NCBI GenBank assembly: GCA_947176755.1
Contig: CAMWRW010000002.1
Coordinates: 3,773-67,772 of the forward strand
Direction: 5' to 3'
Length of the DNA stretch: 64,000 nucleotides
Source of the DNA: an uncultured Porphyromonadaceae bacterium
Lineage (GTDB): Bacteria > Bacteroidota > Bacteroidia > Bacteroidales > Muribaculaceae
The notes below the pieces were generated by a model. It did not search any database, was not told the origin of the DNA, and worked only from the letters and a program-made list of their open reading frames with translations. The position numbers and the translations under genes were made by a program. The number at the start of each line of letters is the position of its first letter. Within the stretch, counting starts at the first letter, position 1. Shown here one piece after another: positions 10,518 to 18,710 of the stretch.

Positions 10518-11198
10518 TTACTTCCCGAGACGGGCCTTCTCGCGCTCGATATAGGCATCGATGCCGGCGCCGTTGCCCGGTTGGAAGTTGGGATATTCCT
10601 TCTTGATGGTTTCGTAGCAGGAGAGCGCCTTGTCGTACTTCTTTTGCGCATCATAGATGTTAGCCTCTTTCAGAAGAACGCGGACAGCAATCTGTTCGTT
10701 GCCTTTGGCAAGAGAGAGCGCCTTGTCGAAGCAAGAGAGGGCCTTGTCGTAATTCTTCAGGTTAACATAGCAGTCGCCTTCAAGAACCTTCGCATTGGCT
10801 TCAAGCACGGGCTCTGAAGTCGAGAAGCGGTCGAGTTCAGCGGCTGCCTCCTTGTACTTGCCCATGTTGTAATAGCTTTCGGCTGCGCTCAGGGCTGCAA
10901 GTTTGCCCGCATCGTTGCTGCCGTAGGAGTCAGCGACTTTCTTATATTCGGCAGCAGCGATCGAATCGTTGCCCATTGCCTTGATTTCAACCTCATTGTA
11001 AGCCTCATAAGCCTTGTTGAGGCGGGGGTTGCGGTAGATGAAGAGATAGCTGAGCGTGAAGGCGGCGCACACTGCGATAATGCCTACGACCCAGTAGATG
11101 ATTTTCTTGTTGGCTGCAACTTTTTCGCTTGCCGAACTTAGGTTGTCGTTCAGTCTGTCGATTGCGTTCTGGTTATCGACTTCGTTTTTCTGTGCCAT
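10518..11198 (-). CDS. Membrane-anchored tetratricopeptide-repeat protein (YfgM-like)
   Basis: 226 aa with an N-terminal TM segment (IIYWVVGIIAVCAAFTLSYLFIY). This is followed by repeated A..Y..G.Y..A TPR-like units. Confidence 0.7.
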   Translation of the reverse strand: MAQKNEVDNQNAIDRLNDNLSSASEKVAANKKIIYWVVGIIAVCAAFTLSYLFIYRNPRLNKAYEAYNEVEIKAMGNDSIAAAEYKKVADSYGSNDAGKLAALSAAESYYNMGKYKEAAAELDRFSTSEPVLEANAKVLEGDCYVNLKNYDKALSCFDKALSLAKGNEQIAVRVLLKEANIYDAQKKYDKALSCYETIKKEYPNFQPGNGAGIDAYIEREKARLGK

Positions 11199-11306
11199 AT
11201 CTTGCGTTTCGTTTTTATCGTTTTGTCAGACGCCGGCGTTCCTCCTCTGTTTCCTGATTATGGATGCCTGCGCTCGCCCTGAAATCAATCCGGGGCGTTC
11301 AACGCG

Positions 11307-11338
11307 CAAAGTTAATAATAATTTTTCAGACTCTCAAA
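11307..11338 (-). promoter_or_regulatory. Bacteroidetes-type promoter for the TPR gene (TTTG-N20-TAACTTTG)
   Basis: The reverse complement of 11307-11314 is TAACTTTG and of 11335-11338 is TTTG, with a 20 nt spacer. The predicted leader is about 100 nt. Confidence 0.5.
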
Positions 11339-11342
11339 AAGT

Positions 11343-12323
11343 TCAACGTTTTATCCGGTCAATCGTGGTCCGAATAATGAAATTTACATCTTCCCGGAGT
11401 GATTGAAGCGGGGTGGAGATTGGTTTGAATGGTGTTTTTGAAGGGTCTGTGAATATTTTCAGACCTCCGCGGTGACACTCGACGGTTATTTCATCAGGCA
11501 GGGAGATATTCTCTCCGTCGGCATGGGCTGCGCTGCCTGTCCGGCGGATCACGGCTCGGCTCGTCTGCATCGTCTGTATGGAGAAGGTTGAGTCGATTCG
11601 TCCTGAGAATAGTCTGATTCCCGCAAGGGCATGAATAACGGGATTCGGGGATGTCAGGATTGTGAAGTCGAGCAGCCCGTCGCGTATTGAGGCTTGAGGG
11701 GCGATATATGCATTGTTGCCATATTGCGAGGCATTTGCCACGGTGAGAATAAAAGCCTTTGTCTTGAGTGTTCCTTCAGGCGTCTCGATTTCGTAATCGT
11801 CAGGTTTGAAGGAAAAATACTCCCTCATGGCACTCTGAAGATATGCTCCGAGTCCGCGTCTGTGCATCTGCGCGAAGCGTTCGCTGACAGCGGCGTCAAA
11901 TCCGAGTCCGAACGTGCAGAAAAAAGGGATGTCGTTCGCCGTGCCGTAATCGCAGTCCACAATATTGTCGGCGCAGATCACGTCGAGGGCGTGGTCAACA
12001 TCAATTGAGGTTGCAATATGGCGGGCCAGGCCGTTTCCTGAGCCGAGCGGAATGATTCCCAGGGCCGTGTCTGTGTCCATAACTCCACGCGCACATTCAT
12101 TCACTGTCCCATCCCCGCCTGCGGCTATTACCCCGTAATAGCCCTCTTCGGCTGCCTCTGCGGCAAGTTCGCTGGCATGACCTCCATATTGCGTCACGCG
12201 GCAATCCACATAGTAGCCCATATCGCGAAGACGTCTTTCCACGACCTCGACAATCTCGCGTTTTGCGTGGGTGCCTGAAATGGGGTTAACCACAATTCTG
12301 ATTTTGCGCGTGTTCTTCTCCAT
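11343..12323 (-). CDS. Diacylglycerol kinase family lipid kinase (YegS/BmrU-like)
   Basis: 326 aa. IVVNPISG...AAGGDGTVNE...IIPLGSGNGLAR is the DAGK catalytic-domain pattern. Confidence 0.85.
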   Translation of the reverse strand: MEKNTRKIRIVVNPISGTHAKREIVEVVERRLRDMGYYVDCRVTQYGGHASELAAEAAEEGYYGVIAAGGDGTVNECARGVMDTDTALGIIPLGSGNGLARHIATSIDVDHALDVICADNIVDCDYGTANDIPFFCTFGLGFDAAVSERFAQMHRRGLGAYLQSAMREYFSFKPDDYEIETPEGTLKTKAFILTVANASQYGNNAYIAPQASIRDGLLDFTILTSPNPVIHALAGIRLFSGRIDSTFSIQTMQTSRAVIRRTGSAAHADGENISLPDEITVECHRGGLKIFTDPSKTPFKPISTPLQSLREDVNFIIRTTIDRIKR

Positions 12324-12327
12324 GACG

Positions 12328-12359
12328 CAAATTTAGCAAAATGTATCAAATTATTCAAA
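12328..12359 (-). promoter_or_regulatory. Promoter-like TTTG-N20-TAAATTTG immediately upstream of the lipid kinase ATG (near-leaderless)
   Basis: The reverse complement of 12328-12335 is TAAATTTG and of 12356-12359 is TTTG, with a 20 nt spacer. Only 4 nt separate the -7 box from the ATG, so the mRNA would be leaderless or nearly so. Confidence 0.35.
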
Positions 12360-12613
12360 CTGCCTCCGAAACTACCGAATAACTGACGGGCCGCAAACTT
12401 TCGTTTGCAGCCCGTTTAGAAGACTGACGGCTCACGCCGGTACCTTTTTCGCAATTTTAGATTAAGGTCAAAATAATAATCAATTACCCTGTTGTTTGCT
12501 ATTAATATTTTATCACTTCCGTTTTTCAGGCATTAGACCTAAGATAATCGGTATTAAGGTTCGCTTGATTGGTTTAACTCAACTTTCGGAAAGGCTGTTC
12601 GCTTTTCCTGATG

Positions 12614-12645
12614 CAAAATTATAACCGGAAAGCGCGGTATGCAAA
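12614..12645 (-). promoter_or_regulatory. Orphan consensus promoter (TTTG-N20-TAATTTTG) with no ORF directly downstream
   Basis: The reverse complement of 12614-12621 is TAATTTTG and of 12642-12645 is TTTG, with an exact 20 nt spacer. It faces the noncoding stretch 12361-12606. Confidence 0.45.
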
Positions 12646-12682
12646 TTTTTTTGGATGTTCTATAACATACTTATACAACTCC

Positions 12683-13046
12683 TAAGACCCCAACCCACAA
12701 GAAAATGTTAACGCCAGGGTCGCAGAGATGCCTCAGATTCAGCATTGCAGTGTGAAGGAGCTTAGCGGGCTAAGCGACTGAACCAAAAGGCTGAAGATGG
12801 GGCATCTCTGCGAGACGGAAGTAATTACTTTTTTACGGCCGTATCCATATAATCACATCTTTAATTATGCAACCTAATCTGAATTTTAAAGTTCCATCAA
12901 GAAAAATTACCTTTGTCCGGCATCTTTCCGGTGAATTTTGCCAATCTCTCCGGTCACAATGCTTGCATTGCTCCCTCTGAGATTGACAAAATTCCCTCGA
13001 AAATATGCCGCCCTGGCATTAACATTTCTTGTGGGTTGGGGTCTTA
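12683..13046. repeat. 364 bp noncoding element bounded by inverted arms of 37 and 36 nt (MITE-like, inverton-like or structured RNA)
   Basis: 12683-12719 reads TAAGACCCCAACCCACAAGAAAATGTTAACGCCAGGG. 13011-13046 reads CCCTGGCATTAACATTTCTTGTGGGTTGGGGTCTTA. The two are reverse complements apart from one 1-nt indel and one mismatch. The core 12720-12813 folds into a long imperfect hairpin. Confidence 0.7.
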
Positions 13047-13050
13047 ACTA

Positions 13051-13092
13051 ATACCGTCCGCCTCGTTTCCGGGGCGGACGGTATTTTATTTA
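13051..13092. terminator. Strong intrinsic terminator hairpin (12 bp GC-rich stem), usable on both strands
   Basis: ATACCGTCCGCC...GGCGGACGGTAT is followed on the plus strand by TTTATTTATT. It lies 47 nt downstream of the dcp stop on the minus strand. Confidence 0.7.
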
Positions 13093-13130
13093 TTGCCGAT
13101 GTTGGCGGCAAGGTGTTAAGAATATGAATA

Positions 13131-15239
13131 TCATTTGAATCCACGGAGGCGGAGAAGAGCTTCCGCATCAGGATTATGTCCGCGGAATTTGCGGAAAAGC
13201 ACCATCGCGTCTTCCGTATCGCCGCTCTCCATGATATTTTTCTTAAATGAGGCTGCGGTTTTTTTGTCAAAAATTCCTTTTTCTTTGAAAAGTTCCCATG
13301 CATCGGCCTCGAGAACCTGGCTCCAGAGGTAAGTGTAGTAGCCCGACGCATAACCGTCATCTCCGAAGATATGTTTGAAGTAGGGCGAACGATAACGGAA
13401 CGTTATCTCCTCGGGCATGCCAAGTTCTTCCGATACCTGAAGCTCGAACGCCGCCGGATCGGCAACCTCTTTCTGTTCGCCATATTTAAGGTCGAGCAGT
13501 GCGGCTCCTGCAAGTTCGGTCGTTGAGAAACCCTGATTGAACTTCGACGAGGCGTCAAGCTTGGCTATAAGAGAATCGGGAATAACTTCGCCCGTTTGGT
13601 AATGGCGGGCATAAGAGCGGAGCACTTCCGGCTCGAAAGCCCAGTGTTCCGTGATCTGCGAGCACATTTCAACGTAGTCGCGGTCCACATTCGTGCCGGC
13701 GAGTGATTTGTAGGGTGCTCGTGTGAGCATTCCCTGCAGTGCATGGCCGAACTCGTGGAACGTGGTCTCGACTTCATCTATTGTCAAAAGCGAGGGAGTC
13801 GTAGACGTCGGAGACGTAAAGTTGCCGACATTGTAAACAATCGGGCGCTTCATCTCGCCGTCGCGATATAGACCGGCGCTCTGCATCTGTTCCATCCAGG
13901 CTCCCTGACGTTTTGTCTCACGGGGGAAATAATCGCACATCCACACGGCCACATGTTCGCCCGTCTTGGCATCGACAACATCATAGACCGTCATCAGGTC
14001 GGTATATTTAGGAGCGTCGGGAATCTCCACGAGTTTGATGCCGTAAAGTTTTTCGGTTACATCAAAGAGACCCTTCAGCACATTGTCAACCGGGAAATAG
14101 GGACGCACGCTTGCCTCGTCGAAGTTATACTTCTCCTTTTTCACCTTGTCGGCATAGTAATAATAGTCGTAGGGAGCGATTTTAAAGTCTCCGCCATGAG
14201 AGTCGACATAAGCCTGCATGTCGGCAACTTCCTCCTTAGAGCGTGCCACGGCAGGCTCAAACACTTTCATCAGCAGTTCGCTTGCTGCCTCAGGAGTCTT
14301 GGCCATAACGCGCGAGGTCATCATCCGGGCGAAAGTGTCGAAGCCCATGATGTGGGCCTTCTCGTTGCGCAGACGGATGATTTCGCTGATCACGGGCATA
14401 TTGGAGTTGTCTCCGAATGAGGCCAATGAAGTGTAACCTTCATAAATGGCTTTGCGAAGACCTCTGGAATCGGCGTATTGGAGCACGGGCAGACGGCTCG
14501 GAGCGTGGAGTGTAAACACCCAGAGGTCCTTGAGTCCGCGTTTTTCAGCCTCCTGACGGGCCTGTGCGACCGAAGCCTCAGGCAGTCCGGCGAGATCCTC
14601 CTCATCGTAGACAACGACCTGGAATTGATTCGTCGCGTTCAGAAGATTGCGGTTGAACTGGATAAACAGTTTGGAAAGCTCGTTGTTAACCTTCACGAGC
14701 TCCTCTTTCTTGTCGGCGGGAAGAGCGGCTCCCTGCTCGGCAAACTGGCGGTAATACTTCTCCACAAGTCGCTTCTGGACCTCGTTGAGTCCCTGCTTGT
14801 CGCGCGCGTCATAGACCTGTTTGATGCGCTGGAAAAGGGCGTCGTTAAGGAAAAGTTTATTGTTGGCGTCATTAAGCAGGGGAATTGCCTCGTCGGCCAT
14901 CTCGGCGAATTCGGGAGTGTTCAGAGCCTCCATATAATGGTAGAACACGCCGGCGGTCCGCTCCAAAATCGGGGAGAGGTTTTCAAGCGGCAGAATCGTA
15001 TTGTCGAAGTCTGGTACAGCGCGGTTGCGGAGGATTGCCATTATAGACGCATCCTGTTCGGCGATTCCGGCTTTGATTGCAGGGATAAAATCAGCTGTGG
15101 TGATTTTGTCGAAGGGGGGAATCTCATACTTCGTTCCGAACGGCTGAAGGAAAGGGTTCTGACGTTCTGTGCCCATGGCGTTAAAGTTCTGGCCGGCGAG
15201 TAATAACGCGCCTATGGCCAATAAGGTTTTGGTTTTCAT
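13131..15239 (-). CDS. dcp: M3 family peptidyl-dipeptidase (Dcp-like)
   Basis: 702 aa with a signal peptide. TFHEFGHALQG contains the HExxH zinc motif in an M3 context. Confidence 0.88.
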   Translation of the reverse strand: MKTKTLLAIGALLLAGQNFNAMGTERQNPFLQPFGTKYEIPPFDKITTADFIPAIKAGIAEQDASIMAILRNRAVPDFDNTILPLENLSPILERTAGVFYHYMEALNTPEFAEMADEAIPLLNDANNKLFLNDALFQRIKQVYDARDKQGLNEVQKRLVEKYYRQFAEQGAALPADKKEELVKVNNELSKLFIQFNRNLLNATNQFQVVVYDEEDLAGLPEASVAQARQEAEKRGLKDLWVFTLHAPSRLPVLQYADSRGLRKAIYEGYTSLASFGDNSNMPVISEIIRLRNEKAHIMGFDTFARMMTSRVMAKTPEAASELLMKVFEPAVARSKEEVADMQAYVDSHGGDFKIAPYDYYYYADKVKKEKYNFDEASVRPYFPVDNVLKGLFDVTEKLYGIKLVEIPDAPKYTDLMTVYDVVDAKTGEHVAVWMCDYFPRETKRQGAWMEQMQSAGLYRDGEMKRPIVYNVGNFTSPTSTTPSLLTIDEVETTFHEFGHALQGMLTRAPYKSLAGTNVDRDYVEMCSQITEHWAFEPEVLRSYARHYQTGEVIPDSLIAKLDASSKFNQGFSTTELAGAALLDLKYGEQKEVADPAAFELQVSEELGMPEEITFRYRSPYFKHIFGDDGYASGYYTYLWSQVLEADAWELFKEKGIFDKKTAASFKKNIMESGDTEDAMVLFRKFRGHNPDAEALLRLRGFK

Positions 15240-15337
15240 ATTGTTGTTCGTTGGCTGACACTCGTCCGGACTTCCCTCCCGACGAGTGACGATGGATTAG
15301 TTTCCCAAAATAAGGAAAAAATTCCCTTATTGCCAAA

Positions 15338-16453
15338 TTAATTTGTGAATTCGAAAGTGGCCTTAACGGGGTAATGATCGCTGTTTTTAAGTCTCCCCTT
15401 GTCGATTGTCAGAGCTTTCATCTGGCCGCGGTATAGAATCTGGTCGATATGAAACCAGAATTTATGCTTGTTGAATGTGACGAGTGGCCCAAAGCCGGCA
15501 ACGCCGTAGGCATCCTTCAGATCGGCCCCTCGGACGATACGGTAGGCATACGACTGGGGAACGTCGTTGAAATCTCCGCAGACAATCACGGGTCCTTCTA
15601 TTTTGTCAAGTGCCCGACGAAGCACTTCCGCATGTTTTTTTCTCAGTCTGAAACTTTTTTTCAACTTTCCCCATATAGTGTTTTTCACATCCTCGAAACT
15701 CTCTTTTGCGCCTTCGATATTGTCGGCATCGGTCAACACATTTCGCTCCTCATTGCTCAGCACAGGCGACATCAGATGGACATTCACCAAAGTCACGAGA
15801 TGCCCCTCGATATTCACCTTGTAAAAAGTATAGCGGTTCTTATCGTAACTCTCATTAATGAATCTGCTTGCCGGAATGACCTCGACCGGATACTTGGACA
15901 GCACCTTATTGTCGATCTCCGGGATGCCCGCCTGATAAGGATATATCTTATAAAGTTCCTTTTGACGAGCCGGCGTGAAGTCAGGAATCTCCGAACCACT
16001 CAAGTGTCGGACTTCCTGAAGACATACGATGTCTGCCCCGGAATCCCGGATATAGTCGAACGAAGGGTTGCCGATCTGTTTCGTCGGTCCTTCCTGCTTC
16101 TGGTCCCAGCCGTGAATCACATTCCAAGACATCAGCGTGAATGTCTTGGCTCCCGGTTGCGGGCTGCGTGGCAGATTAAATGGAGTAAGAACGGAAATTG
16201 TGCTCCAACATAGAATCAGGGTTCCGAGGCCGGCTGCCCCTGTGATATATTTCCTGCAGATAATCCAGATAATGGATATCACAAGAGTGAGCATCACAAG
16301 CCATTGGGCGGCAAGACACATCACCGCCGGCAGCGTGATATATTCCGGATTAACCCTTCCCCCGTAAACGGAGAGAAGAGTGAGAAAGTAGATTGCAAAG
16401 CTCGCAATTCTGAGCAGGTTTTTTACAATAGGGGAGATAACAGGGATATGCAT
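15338..16453 (-). CDS. Endonuclease/exonuclease/phosphatase (EEP) family membrane protein
   Basis: 371 aa with N-terminal TM helices. Followed by LMSWNV...ADIVCLQEV...VCGDFND...SDHYPV, the EEP catalytic motifs. Confidence 0.8.
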   Translation of the reverse strand: MHIPVISPIVKNLLRIASFAIYFLTLLSVYGGRVNPEYITLPAVMCLAAQWLVMLTLVISIIWIICRKYITGAAGLGTLILCWSTISVLTPFNLPRSPQPGAKTFTLMSWNVIHGWDQKQEGPTKQIGNPSFDYIRDSGADIVCLQEVRHLSGSEIPDFTPARQKELYKIYPYQAGIPEIDNKVLSKYPVEVIPASRFINESYDKNRYTFYKVNIEGHLVTLVNVHLMSPVLSNEERNVLTDADNIEGAKESFEDVKNTIWGKLKKSFRLRKKHAEVLRRALDKIEGPVIVCGDFNDVPQSYAYRIVRGADLKDAYGVAGFGPLVTFNKHKFWFHIDQILYRGQMKALTIDKGRLKNSDHYPVKATFEFTN

Positions 16454-16518
16454 CGATTTAGTCTTGGATAGATTGTGAAGGGGGATAAGTTTAGAGTGGG
16501 GTTTTCCAGAAGTGCGGA

Positions 16519-17358
16519 CTAACGGATTCGGCGGGAAATCATGTCAAGTTCCTCTTTCTCGCGTTTCGACAAGGAATCGTAGCCGGAGTGGCGGACCTTG
16601 TCGAGCAGTTCGTCGAGGCGGATGTGCATCATTCGGTTATCGCGCATCAGATTGGCTGCGGCGCGGCCGTCGATTTTTCGCCCTTTCGTCATCGGGTCAA
16701 TTCCTCGGGATTTCATCTTCAGGGCGCTTATCAAGCGGGTTGCAGGAATCCATAGTGTGCCGGCGACGAGGCCTCCCAGGTGGGCAGCCTGGCCTGCCGG
16801 TGTTCCCCCGACCGCTCCGAAGATGGTAAGGATAACACACACAAAGGCCACCCACTTCACTTTAACTGCTCCGACAAGCAACATGTTCACTCTTCTATCA
16901 GGATTTATCAGCGTGCCGACAGCCATTATGGCCATCACCGCCGCCGACGAGCCTGTCAAGTATGCCCCTCCGCCCGCTCCGGATGATGTGGCTGCAAGAT
17001 ACCACACCGCTCCCGACAGGCCTCCCGTGAGATAAATCAGAGGGAGACTCTTTTCCCGTCCGGACTCAATAATCATCCGTCCGAACCAGATCAGCCATAG
17101 CACATTGAAAAGCAGGTGAATCGGTGAAAATTGAGCCACCATGTAAGTGACTACAGTCCAGGGATGGCTTGCGAAGGCCTTCCATGAGGCCGGGAGCGCA
17201 AGCAGGGAATAAACGCCCCCGAAAGAAAGGTTTGTCATCCGGCAGACGAGCCAGCTGGCGCAGATAGCAAGGCCGACACCGAGATTGATTCCGACCAGCA
17301 GCGCAAGTCGGCGCGAACCTCCACAGAAATTCGTAAATCTCTCGTAAAAGGGATTCAT
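16519..17358 (-). CDS. Rhomboid family intramembrane serine protease
   Basis: 279 aa polytopic protein with GSSAAV (GxSxx) and AHLGGLVAG motifs. Confidence 0.8.
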   Translation of the reverse strand: MNPFYERFTNFCGGSRRLALLVGINLGVGLAICASWLVCRMTNLSFGGVYSLLALPASWKAFASHPWTVVTYMVAQFSPIHLLFNVLWLIWFGRMIIESGREKSLPLIYLTGGLSGAVWYLAATSSGAGGGAYLTGSSAAVMAIMAVGTLINPDRRVNMLLVGAVKVKWVAFVCVILTIFGAVGGTPAGQAAHLGGLVAGTLWIPATRLISALKMKSRGIDPMTKGRKIDGRAAANLMRDNRMMHIRLDELLDKVRHSGYDSLSKREKEELDMISRRIR

Positions 17359-18107
17359 TGGTAAAGTGTCCCTTTCTTTTTCCAGTAGAGAATCATTATA
17401 AGGCCAAAGAGCATTCCTCCGAGGTGTGCGAAATGTGCAATCGTTCCGCCACCGCTTATTCCGAAGAAGAACTCGAGCACGGCGTAACCCAGCACCATAT
17501 ATTTTGCCTTGATCGGGACGGGGATAAAGAATAGATACATCGGCATATTCGGAAACACGAATGCAAAGCCGAGCAGTAGTCCGAAGATAGCTCCCGAAGC
17601 CCCGACGGTCACCATTTGGTTCTTCATTGCAGCAATGGCGGCAAGAATTTCTGTGTCATGATTGGCAATAGCCGCGTTTACGATTTGCTCCGCATGATTG
17701 TAAGTCAGCCCGTTTATCGGAGCGATCGCCGAGATAAATTCCTGACGCCACGTCATAGCCCACACTGCTTCTTGCACAAGGGCGGCTCCGACGCCGCAGA
17801 CAAGATAGAAGATAAGATAGCGTTGCGAACCCCACACCTGTTCAAGTATTCGCCCGAACATCCAAAGGGAGAACATATTAAAAAATATGTGGACCGGATT
17901 TCGAGGGTCGTGCAGAAACATATAGGTGAAAGGCTGGACCGGATTGAAATCGCTTGCGCCAAACGGATGAAGTCCAAGACGCGGAAGGAGCGTATGGTTG
18001 GCAAAGTCAGGAAGGATGAATTCCACCAGCCAAAGCAACACGTTGATTATTATCAGATTTTTAGTTACGGGAGGGAGTTGCGGCCTCCGGAAACTGAAGT
18101 TGTTCAT
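17355..18107 (-). CDS. Rhomboid family intramembrane serine protease
   Basis: 250 aa with HIFFNM, GASGAIFG and AHLGGMLFG motifs. It overlaps the downstream rhomboid gene by 4 nt. Confidence 0.85.
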   Translation of the reverse strand: MNNFSFRRPQLPPVTKNLIIINVLLWLVEFILPDFANHTLLPRLGLHPFGASDFNPVQPFTYMFLHDPRNPVHIFFNMFSLWMFGRILEQVWGSQRYLIFYLVCGVGAALVQEAVWAMTWRQEFISAIAPINGLTYNHAEQIVNAAIANHDTEILAAIAAMKNQMVTVGASGAIFGLLLGFAFVFPNMPMYLFFIPVPIKAKYMVLGYAVLEFFFGISGGGTIAHFAHLGGMLFGLIMILYWKKKGTLYQ

Positions 18108-18291
18108 TTTGTTTTATATTGACCTGTTCCCTTATTTAACGAATCTTTTCTCTATTTATTCCACTGAGTAATTACGCGTGTAAAATGTGAAATTATATTA
18201 AAATGATTAATTTGCATGATAACATCCTTCTCGACCGTGTTATGATATATGGATAATTACATAAACCAACATATTTTTTAATTCGGAAATT

Positions 18292-18555
18292 ATGAACAAG
18301 ACAGATTTGGTCAATGAGGTGGCAGCCAAGGCTCAACTCAATAAGACAGATGCGAAGGCAGCTGTAGATGCTGTGCTCGAATCGATCGCTCAGGCGCTTG
18401 CCAATGAAGACAAAGTGCAGCTCATCGGATTCGGCACATTTGCAATTCAGGAGAAAGAGGCCCGCACCGGCATCAACCCTCGTACAAAAGAAAAGATCGA
18501 GATTCCCGCGCGTAAGGTTGTGAAATTTAAACCTGCTGACGGTCTCGGCAAATAA
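18292..18555 (+). CDS. hup: HU family DNA-binding protein
   Basis: 87 aa. MNKTDLVNEVA...VQLIGFGTF...RTGINPRTKEKIEIPARKVVKFKP is the HU pattern. Confidence 0.95.
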   Translation: MNKTDLVNEVAAKAQLNKTDAKAAVDAVLESIAQALANEDKVQLIGFGTFAIQEKEARTGINPRTKEKIEIPARKVVKFKPADGLGK

Positions 18556-18592
18556 TCGGACGAAAATAAACAAATCCGATTGCGATATTCGG

Positions 18593-18630
18593 TCCGGGAT
18601 AACACCGTTGCAGTGTTATCCCGGATTTTT
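18593..18630 (+). terminator. Intrinsic terminator of hup
   Basis: TCCGGGATAACAC / GTGTTATCCCGGA forms a 13 bp stem and is followed by TTTTT. Confidence 0.8.
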
Positions 18631-18632
18631 AT

Positions 18633-18640
18633 TAACTTTG
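18633..18640 (+). promoter_or_regulatory. -7 box TAACTTTG upstream of argS
   Basis: Matches TAnnTTTG, 70 nt upstream of the argS ATG. I found no clean -33 TTTG. Confidence 0.35.
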
Positions 18641-18710
18641 CTGATTAATTTCCGAAAGGCCTCCGGACTGAGGCCAGTTTGACTCAAAATATATAATTAT
18701 CGCAAGTATA

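Noticed and set aside
12683-13046. Tested the IR-bounded element by eye as RNase P RNA, tmRNA, SRP RNA or a TPP/cobalamin riboswitch.
   Set aside because: It lacks the conserved cores: no GAGGAAAGTCCGG-type P4 strand, no tRNA-like 3' end or tag ORF, and no SRP GGAA/AGCA motif. CTGAGA is present, but without the rest of the TPP aptamer. Its context, 3' of dcp and upstream of a lipid kinase, also does not fit.
13019-13360. 113 aa minus-strand ORF spanning the right inverted-repeat arm, the terminator and the 3' end of dcp.
   Set aside because: It overlaps the well-supported dcp reading frame out of frame and runs through a terminator hairpin. I do not consider it coding.
16519-18107. Two adjacent rhomboid protease genes as a possible unusual duplication.
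   Set aside because: The two proteins are quite different in sequence and length. As far as I recall, the HU / rhomboid / rhomboid / EEP arrangement is a common conserved Bacteroidales neighbourhood, so it is not noteworthy.
18641-18710. T-box or other leader control for the aminoacyl-tRNA synthetase genes: the argS leader here, the glyQS leader at 51544-51628 and the aspS leader at 5842-5863.
   Set aside because: The leaders are short (about 20-85 nt) and lack specifier-loop or T-box sequence. T-boxes are not expected in Bacteroidota.
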